The notes under the pieces were generated by a model. That model was not told the DNA's origin. It made no database searches and worked only from the letters and a program-made list of their open reading frames with translations. A stretch of DNA of 58,499 bases, filler included, from Catajapyx aquilonaris (taxonomy: Eukaryota), in NCBI GenBank assembly GCA_000934665.2. It is 3 parts of 3 records of this genome, joined end to end, with 100 filler letters (N's around TTAATTAATTAA, not from the genome) between each part and the next. Parts side by side here need not be neighbours in the genome. Positions count along the whole stretch, not along the records: positions 38,982 to 58,499 come from KZ539543.1; 2 more parts are not named here. One strand, written 5' to 3'. The position numbers and the translations under genes are program-made. Shown here piece by piece: positions 49,376 through 58,499 of this stretch (position 1 is the stretch's first letter; every line of letters starts with the position of its first letter).

Positions 49376-52300
49376 TAAATAAATAATACAGGCAGTTCCC
49401 GATTGACGTAAGTGGACTGGCACATATTCTGCCTAAGAAAACCACACATGTGCCCTATGACATAGGTCATAGGTAACCCATCCAGTCTAATTCCAGTGAA
49501 CATTGACATCAGGGGCGTACCATAAAGGTAAAAAAGTAGCTGATAAAATATAAAATAAAAATTTGTATATAAATAGTGGCTTTGGTATAATAATTTAAAT
49601 TTTTTTATATTCGAAGAAGTTTGTTACATATTTGCCCCCTATACCTCTTTCAACTAAGATCCCAACTATACGCTCCTGCTTGAGATAATTTTGATACCGT
49701 GGGTTTAATGTGGATTCAGGACATTCCTGACTTTTTTAAATATACAGTAATATTATTCATAAAGACGGGCGAATGACATCGTTTCCTAATGTGGAAGAGG
49801 CAATAAATGATGCTGGAGACGCAAAATGTCTACTTGTATAAATAGCCATATCCTAAGTGGAGATGGCCGTCAGTGTACAACAATACATAATTATAATAAA
49901 CAACTACTCGTGTCATCAGATTATATTTATGCAAATTGGGAGGTCCGAAGCTGATGGTAATTTACTAATACGCTGAAGCTATAGCAGTTGTATATGCATC
50001 TGTAAGTTGCATTATTTCATGCATAAAAAAGCTTGGTGCTGCTGCAGTGGCTTTGAGCACAATTACCGAATTTATTGATGCGTTCTATATTTAGGATTTT
50101 TACGAATTATTCTGCAGACTGGACTGAACACGCAACTAACAACATTTGACAGGAAAAAAAAGAATAAGCGTAAATCTTGGGCTCCAACACTGCATGAGTA
50201 GTCAAGGGTTGACGCGGTTGTCACAATTAATTAGCAGCTTCCTTTGAATAGGACTTGTCATAACGCGGTAATTAAAAGCAAGCGGTATATGGATGAAAAA
50301 GGCATGTTTTAGGGATTCATTAATCAAAATGTGAATAGAGGGTATTATTTTGATGTGAGCGACCCGGAATGAATTTCAGGCCGAGGCTCCTATTGGGCTT
50401 TGATTTATTCTTGTCGGCGGTTGTTCAGAAGCCAGTCACAATCGCGATGAATGCACAGCGGTGGTAGCTTCCTGTGGAATATACTCGGTACGGGTTACAA
50501 TATGCAGGGAAGCAAACATAGTCGCATGTATAGTGTGGGTGGGGGTGGGTGCAGGCTGTACGGTGTTTATCGGTGATTCACATGTGGATCCTGCATGCAG
50601 CTCATCAAACGCGCTCTCCTTTCATGGGCAAAAGCCTAAACCCAACCCAACTTGATTATGCGCCTCGTTTCAACAGCACGGTTGATCATTTCGAATTGTG
50701 GTTTATGATATTAAAATATCGAGAATGTGCATAGTGAATTATAACTTGTTTTGGATCGTTTGGTAATTACGGATTATAATTTCAAACAGCGTACTATTTG
50801 CCCTGGGCGTTTCCATGTGGGTGTTGTAACCCCCCTCCCCCTCTCTCCACATACCAAACCTATTCCAGACTGTATAGTTACATATGCTTGAAGCGTTAGG
50901 ACTGTGTGTCACACTAGCCAAAGTCAATAGTGCAAATTCGGTCGGTCCCATCACTTGCATTGAAACATTTGGAATTGGTAGCACCACTATAATGACTACG
51001 CGGCCTCCATAAATTCCTCCCCTAGAATGGTGTCAGCATTTATCCGGCTTTTGGACTGATGGATATATAGGCCTTCTCCCATCATTGTTACTACTGTTGG
51101 ACCTCCCTTGAATTATTAGGTGCACTTGGGGGGGAGGGAAACGGAATTCAGAACTATTGCATGTGCTGAGAGAGATTGGAATTTTTGGACGGGAAATCCT
51201 AGGTTCGCTGCCCTAAGCTCTGTACCGTGTACATTTGCAAAAATGTCCGGGGAAAAAAATGAACCAAATAAAAAAAGAGGGAGCAGCATTAGCGGAATTT
51301 AATTAGTGGCAACCAAGCGACCATAATAAAAACACACACACAGGATGATAATCTGTTTATTAGGTTAGTCACCCAAGCGGTGTAATCTTTTAATGCGAGG
51401 CAGGGACTCCCTCTTTCATTGCAGGATTGGCTTCTCCGGATTAGTGTGCGGCTATTGTACATTACCGCACTATAGGCTACCAGGGACTAGGGTGGGGGTG
51501 GGGAGAAAAAATTGTCACTTTTTTAACCCCCCCATACACGCTACATTTCACATGTTTCAAGCGCTTAATCCTTTTATAACTGGCGACACTTACGACAAAT
51601 GTGTGGAACACGTTTCTACGACTTAGTAAGAAAATAGTGCTGTTTTATATATATACAATAACCAGTTTCAGCACTTGGATTTTGAATTCTGATCATTTTA
51701 TATCATGATTGCATTTGGAATGGAAATTGAGTTTGTTTGGCCGATGCTAATTTCCTTTATACGCAAACCATGCAAAACTATTCAGGGTGCAATGTGAATT
51801 GCAGATCATATTTCCCCGGCTGGCATTTTATTTTATTCCTATTTCCACCAACCTTACTCTCCCTCCCCACATCAGGGTTTCTGGCCCCAAGGCTTTCCCC
51901 GACATTATTAAACCATACTTCAAAGGGTTAAAAAAAAAAGGTGAAAGGGAGCGTGGAATCCAAACGCAGGGTTGGATGAGTAAACCGCACGTACAGGAAG
52001 GTATTGAGTGAAAGAGGGTAGGATATAAGAGAGGGGGGGGGGTTTGATTTCCCCCCCCCCCCCCNNNNNNNNNNNNNNNNNNNNNNNNNNNNNNNNNNNN
52101 NNNNNNNNNNNNNNNNNNNNGGGGGGGGGGGGGGTGGTGCACTTTTTTTTGTGATATTCCCCTCGGATGCTTTGCATAAGCTGAATGGTAATTTAGTGGT
52201 CGGATGAATCCACACCTGACGCTTCACGCAAACTCGGGAGGGGAAATTTCCATGGCTCCCACGCCTCGACAGGAACAAGTGAACCGTTCACTGATGCACG

Positions 52301-53080
52301 TCATTTTTATGCAGTGGTGACGGGAGGGTGGGGGGTAAGGGATTCAGGGGGGGTCTGGTTAGGCTGAAAAGTGCAGAATCTGCAATGGGTGTGGGGGGTG
52401 GTCTGAGCGACTTTTCCGATGAATATTTTGCAGGGAAGCGAACAGGGGACGAAAATCACGTTAGTAGCTCTCAATGTGATTAAGGATTCATTTAGTGGAT
52501 GCATCAAGCACAATAATCTATTGACCTGGAAGATAATTGTTGGAAGCGACATCAGCCTTTTTAAATACAATTTGTTGTTGTTTTTTATAGGGGGGTTTGG
52601 CTAATTGCCTTGTGTTGGTCATAATAGTAACAAGAAGACATGTCCTCTCCGTCGGATGACAAATGACCTGGATTATTCCGTGCGTGGGCTACGACCACAT
52701 TGATGTTCTGGTAATGTCATTGCAGAGCCTAAGCTTGCATTTTGCTCCCCCTCCCTGCCACAGTAATTTCATATTTGGTCATTTTAATTCACGTTCCGAC
52801 GCCCTGTTTAATTCACGGAAGCCCACAATGATTTCCGTCGGTAAATGGGCTCTCCGACGAACCTTTTTCTCCTGACACTGTCCACATTTACATTTATGCT
52901 GATGCAGTGTGTTTTAACAATCTGCGGCCATCTTAAAATGTGTGTTTCAGGTTTGCTGAAATGGAGACCTTTATGGCGATGTAAACCAGGGCTGGGCCAG
53001 CAATTTTTGTGCTTCGTCACGCCACAAAATTGAACTATAAACACGTACAGCCCCATCCGACACGCTACAATGTACCACCC

Positions 53081-53081
<1 letters not shown>

Positions 53082-53141
<60 letters not shown>
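53082..53141. repeat. (TTA)n microsatellite
   Basis: Directly visible. Confidence 0.97.
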
Positions 53142-55545
53142 GGTGAGAAAATAATGAGGTGTGCGTCAAATTTTTTCTTCTTCTTGTGGTACCACTCCTT
53201 AATAGGAGAGTTGGCACCATTGAGGACAGGAAATAATAGAAAGCCATCCATTCATCTGTCAGCTTGAAAGCAGCAGGCGTCCATAACGTTTAATGAGGTT
53301 TCATAGTAAATCCAGAGGCTCATTTGCGCGAGAAATATGCCTCATGTTTTATTAGGTGCTGGGAAGCTTTGGCGTAATAAGTCTGGAGGCCCCCAAAGAC
53401 GAGTTAGTAGTGCCATTTGCAGCGGAGAAGGCGACATTTGTTGGGAGTGGATCCATCAAGGAAGGAAGGAAGGAAGGAAGGAAGGAAGTTTGGGCTTCCT
53501 TCGTGTGGACTTCACATAGGTGTGGCAAGAATATTTGAAGCTACTGGTTACACTGCTAATAAACACATTTTGGGGTGGCAGCTTGTCGTGGACAAATATT
53601 AGCTATTGTACAGCACCCTTTTAATATATTGGGGGCAATAGCTGTTTTGATATAACCTATGGACATTTATTATGAAAAATGATTTGTTGCTCTTATCCCG
53701 AGTCATTCAAACTCCTTAGCTTCTTAGGAGCAAGAGGCGGGGGCACAACCTTAACACGGCTTATTGGCTGTTAAGTAACTAACTGCCTTGCATCCGCCAC
53801 TTGTGTAACTTTGGGCCCAGCTCGTTAACCAAACTTGCAGTCTTGCTTACTGTCCTTGTTTACTCTCGGCGGCGAATGAAGCGAATGGGCCCAGGGAAGA
53901 TGCTGCAACTTTGTTCCGCCAAGAAGAGCCGCCGAGTTCACTTACACGGCTCCAAAGACAAGGCCCAGGAAATAAGCTCTGCTGGGGAATGGGCTAGCTT
54001 TTAAACCGACTCTCTTTGCATGCAAATTGCTCTGCTTTCCTGCTGCCTCCACTCATTGCGGATGAAAACTCCAAATGCGGTTTAAATTGCTCGCACCTCG
54101 CTGACTTTGCTATACACACTCGCTGTGCTCCACCATGTACCCAAACCCTTGCTTTTTATTTGGTCATAAAAGGGCACAAAATTTTTGCAATCATCGCAGG
54201 TGACATAACTTGCCATGTTTAGGGGGGGGGGNNNNNNNNNNNNNNNNNNNNNNNNNNNNNNNNNNNNNNNNNNNNNNNNNNNNNNNNNNNNNNNNNNNNN
54301 NNNNNNNNNNNNNNNNNNNNNNNNNNNNNNNNNNNNNNNNNNNNNNNNNNNNNNNNNNNNNNNNNNNNNNNNNNNNNNNNNNNNNNNNNNNNNNNNNNNN
54401 NNNNNNNNNNNNNNNNNNNNNNNNNNNNNNNNNNNNNNNNNNNNNNNNNNNNNNNNNNNNNNNNNNNNNNNNNNNNNNNNNNNNNNNNNNNNNNNNNNNN
54501 NNNNNNNNNNNNNNNNNNTCCCCCCCCCCCCCCCCCCCCAAACTGCACGCACTGTTAGAATCATCTGAGCCCCCATCACAGATCAAAAGCTTTTTCTGTG
54601 TATTCGGAAAAATAAAACCAGGGAGGCAAGCATTTGAATGGGGGGGAGTGTATAATATCGTACACGCTATTTTTCCGTCGTGTGTGTGGACTTTTGATGG
54701 GTTTGCACATGTAAACCAAGATTTTGCTTATTCAGTTACGTTCTTTTTTTGTCATGTCGCCTGCGTATATAGTCAACGTGGAGTCAGCCAGCAGCTAGCT
54801 AGGCTTCCATGGGAAATGTGGCGACGGCACTGGCATGGCAACAAGTAGAATTTGTGCCAGTCCCTTCACCGGAAAATAATGTCACATGCTGTGACTAAAT
54901 GCCACAGCAGGGACTATTTTACACCAGGGCGTAGTGGTTAGATCAAGGGTGAATCCCAGTATAGTGTGGAAAAGTGCCAGAGGTGATAGGCTTTTTCTGC
55001 TCCTGAATTCATAAAGAGTATCGACATGACATGCCTGCACATTGCATACTCATTCATGTGCAAAAATATTTAAAATTTTGTTAAAGTGGAAAACAGGCGA
55101 AAACTATGTGTCCTATAAACTATTCAGGACCTAGTAATTAACGCACATACTATTCTACCCGTTTATTTCAGTCGATGGCAATGACTCATACAGGAAAGTT
55201 ATGAAATATGGTCCTATTGAACACGAAAGAGGTTTATACAGTATTCGCTGCACCGGTGTCCAAAATTGGACGGATAACCGTTAAGCCTTTCTATAGGTAG
55301 GACCCGCTGTTCAATAGCGTACTGTAAATACCAGCCAACCTTTCCCAATCTCAGGTCCGTAAATGGTTTTTAAAGAAACGACACGAAAACGAAACGCCTC
55401 TGCAGAATCACAAATCACTTTGATAGGCTTAAATATTAGATACGAGGCCAATAAGCTATATGGTGCATTCTATAAGATTGTCAAAAAAATGTCTATGATG
55501 TCAGTATTAAAGCGATTGTACTGTAAGAGCGTCTCAGTTGAAATA

Positions 55546-55835
55546 CAGGGTGTTTCAACTTTTTTGTCCGAACAGTTATCGGAAAATTGCACGTAGCTGC
55601 TACTTTTTAAGCAGTGACTTGCAACCGGTGATTTGTCGGAGGAATGGGGAATAGGGGATGGCATGTGTGACCCTCAATTATTTTCAGCGGGCAGCACGTA
55701 TGCCACTTCAGCCTACGATTCGCCGAATATTCCCCGTTCCTCCGAAAAATCACCGTTTGCAAGTCACTGCTTACAAAGTAGCAGCTACGTACAATTTTCC
55801 GATAACTGTTCGGACAAAAAAGTTGAAACACCCTG
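55546..55835. mobile_element. Foldback Tc1/mariner-type MITE, inverted relative to 47696-48024
   Basis: Same TIRs and internal sequence in opposite orientation; TA TSD. Confidence 0.92.
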
Positions 55836-55879
55836 TATGTTATTTTATACGTCTCTATAGTCGGTTCTAAGTAGGCGTA

Positions 55880-57760
55880 CCAAGTGGGTCGTCCTAAAGT
55901 CGTGTACACGGCCCATTCCCCTGTTGAAAGAGGCAGAGAAAAGGAGTGTGATAGGATGCAAGCATTTGGCCATCCAGCAGGCCTTTTTAACAACTTTTTG
56001 GCCGAAATGACGGCATGGAGATAAACCTCAATAGGTCCCCATGGACTCGCTGACCCAGCGCTACTCCGGGAAAACTAAATGAAGGGCACTTAAGTAACGC
56101 AGGCTGTAAGTGCAGGGCAAGGGTGGAAGGAGACTGGAAGTAAAAGGTGCATGTCCGGGGTTGTACCGTATAGCAAAGAGGCCGTTAGGACGGAACTCAT
56201 CCGGAACGGTGGGACCCGGGGAACGGACGGACGGCACCGGAATCAAGATCGATGCCGGCTAGTAAGTGCCAGCTGTCTCGCCAGAGATCACATCTTCCTC
56301 GCAATCAATCATCATTCCCATCACCCGACCCTCTACCTATAATACCATGTTTCTGCCTAACCACCTACTGGGTCCTCATTTTGGCTACGCTTTCGTATAG
56401 GGATACCCCACACCGCCCCGCACTTTTACCTATTTTCCTAGGCGTTGGAGTATGATGTGTATCCGCTGGAGTATGGGGGTGTATCCGCTGAAGGAGAGGC
56501 ATATACAGGGTGTTAATCCTAAGCGTGTCACCAGAAAAGGTGGTGGTAGAGGGCGCAGGTGTGAGCATTTTTGCATAAGGAACTAGGGGTCGGAAACGCA
56601 CCCTCACCGAGTCACTCCGCCGCGTGCCGCACGCCTCATGGGTCTGTCAGACAGGCGTTCCGTTCGCTCGTCGCCCCGCTCGCTTCGCGCGCATGGGTCC
56701 CACTGGCGAGCGTTGCGCTCCGCTGTGCCCTGGGGGCCTCGTCGGTCGAGGAAATTGGGGGATTTTGGGGGTGACGCAGCGAGGCAGGACCCTCTCGCTG
56801 CGTTCTCCTCCAGCGGCTCGTCGGGCTCCTATTGGCCGAGACCCTTTTCCCCCCAGCTACCCACCCCAACCACCCCTGCCATCATGACCCACTTGACCCC
56901 CGAGGCGAGGTCGCCTTTCACTTCTCCTGCTAAACCCTACGACCGAGGGCACAGCGATCGCAGCGACATTTTTCGGGCCGAGCGAACGGAACGCCTGTGT
57001 GACAGACCCATCATGCACACTGCCTGCCGCAAACTTGAAAGGGGCGTAAAGGCGGCTACACACGGGCACGTTGCATCCGCAGTTGGACTCCATCCGCCAA
57101 TGAGCGCGAGGCGGCAGCTGTCGGACTCCAACTGCGGATGCAACCTGCCTTAACTCGGTGAGGGTGCGTTTACGACCCCTAGTTCCTTATGCAAAAATGC
57201 TCACACCTGGGCCCTCTACCACCACCTTTTCTGGTGACACGCTTAGGATTAACACCCTGTAGGTTACGAAAAGACGCGTTGTACCAAGGTTGTCCCCCTG
57301 CATAACAAAAATTTGAACTGAGTGGATTAATATGATGAGTAGTTGAAAAAAGGAGATTTGAATGTAGTCGGAGTGCGTAGGGCAGTTGTATAGCTGGAGC
57401 GGCGGGCGTCAAACGGGAGAAAGAGGGATGGCCATTATCCTGATTGAAATGTCCAACAGCAGCTATCACAAGAGTGACGACAGGAAATTGGAATCCCCCC
57501 CCCCCTGTATACGTGTGCGGCTTGTGCTGCCGTTGCTGCCTAGGTCGTTCTACTGATAACTTTAATGTTGTAGCATGTATGCCCGACCCCCACTTCTTCA
57601 AGGGGGTGCCTGATGACTCGAAAGAAGATTGAAGTGCTGCTATACACCTGGTAGCATTTTCTTGATTGTTATAGTCGGTGTATAGGAAATATGGAGTGGT
57701 TAGAAAACGGGGCTTGACATGGTCGTGTGGCTTTAAATACTCGTATGGAGATGTCACGGA
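55880..57760 (-). pseudogene. Probable decayed LINE (3' RT region) interrupted by a MITE
   Basis: ORF 57179..57757 contains AALQSSFESSGTPLKKWGSGIHATT and YALRLHSNLLFSTTHHI, loosely matching post-YADD LINE RT motifs (LQ..L....W...IN..KT; YLG..LD..L.F..HI). Confidence 0.38.
56506..57259. mobile_element. GC-rich long-TIR Tc1/mariner-type MITE
   Basis: TA TSD, ~107-bp near-perfect TIRs starting cagggtgttaatcctaagcgtgtcacc, plus inner inverted repeats ~56638-56670 and ~56979-57012. Confidence 0.93.
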
Positions 57761-58251
57761 CTATCGATAATCAGCAGGGGGGGGGGGGGTTACTGGCCCA
57801 TTCCCAAATTAATTGCTAATGCCAAAGCTTATTCTCATGTAGATTTTAGGTTTTGAGGTTGGGAGATTTCATACACGAACTTTCTAAAAGCACATTGCAG
57901 TACCTGCGATGCCAAGCTCTAAATCAAGACGATTGATATGCGATCGTAATATGGGTTATAGGTCTTGGTTCGGAGTTTAGGTTATGAAATGGCCAGGTTT
58001 TTTTTTCCATGCTATGGTCACCCCTAAGCAATTACCTGGATATTTCCCAATAAAAAATATGCCCTTCCCAATCCAATTCCCTCCGGTGCAAGTCGTGAAA
58101 TAAAGGTGATTAAGTTTATGGTTTCTAATAGCTTGTTATGCACTTTATTACTAGTAAATTAAAAAGTATTTTACGAACTTTCATCACATTGCAGCACGCG
58201 TTTTCCCGCATTTTTTTGTGATCGCAGCAGCATTTGATCACGCAAGGTACT

Positions 58252-58373
58252 ATGGGGCTCAAATTGTTTTGACCACTTTATCCTGGTATTGAAGCAACAC
58301 CTGCTCAACGTGGGACCTGTACGAAGGGTTGCTTCAAGACCAGGATAAAGTGGCCAAAACAATTTGAGCCCCA
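58252..58373. repeat. Hairpin repeat with ~50-bp arms; a 31-nt piece recurs at 23001-23031
   Basis: tggggctcaaattgttttg...gaagcaac versus its reverse complement; agggttgcttcaagaccaggataaagtggcc is identical at both loci. Confidence 0.7.
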
Positions 58374-58499
58374 CAAAAAGTTTTGGTCGAAAATGAACGG
58401 AAAACTCGGGCAAAACTGTCCCAAAACCTTTTGTGATAGATTGTACAGTGCTGGCCAATAATCGAGGCAACGACTAGCGACATTTTTCCGAAGCGGCAG

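Noticed and set aside
54082..54848. Long ORFs through N runs (also ~4966-5339 and ~51828-52278)
   Set aside because: They are artefacts of translating assembly gaps.
56638..57153. 171-aa ORF as a gene
   Set aside because: It lies inside a GC-rich MITE where stops are rare, with overlapping ORFs on both strands.

Overview
Repeat-rich eukaryotic genomic DNA, inferred to be from a large-genome arthropod, probably an insect (spliceosomal introns, tRNA-derived SINEs, TTAGG runs). The one confidently identified gene is the mitochondrial 2-oxodicarboxylate carrier SLC25A21 on the minus strand; its first three coding exons are 6068-6137, 3731-3990 and 1929-2081, and the rest lies beyond the left edge. 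Just upstream I can assemble a phase-consistent 4-exon orphan gene (minus strand, ~7298-10631) encoding a basic protein with a Ser/Pro/Arg-rich tail. Further upstream is a duplicated signal-peptide-like exon. Most of the remaining identifiable sequence is non-autonomous transposons, often nested: hAT, PIF/Harbinger, Sola-like, Tigger/pogo-like and Transib-like elements, Helitron-like elements, at least four SINE families, and many long palindromic (foldback) Tc1/mariner derivatives, some built from two copies of one transposase end. Two artificial N44-TTAATTAATTAA-N44 linkers show the window joins three contigs whose adjacency is unproven. I found no CRISPR array or prokaryotic system, and I cannot show a clearly new biological system; the best leads are the orphan genes, the foldback transposase hairpins, the atypical tandem Helitron-like element and the unidentified 41.3-44.9 kb element. 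All family assignments are by eye, without database searches.
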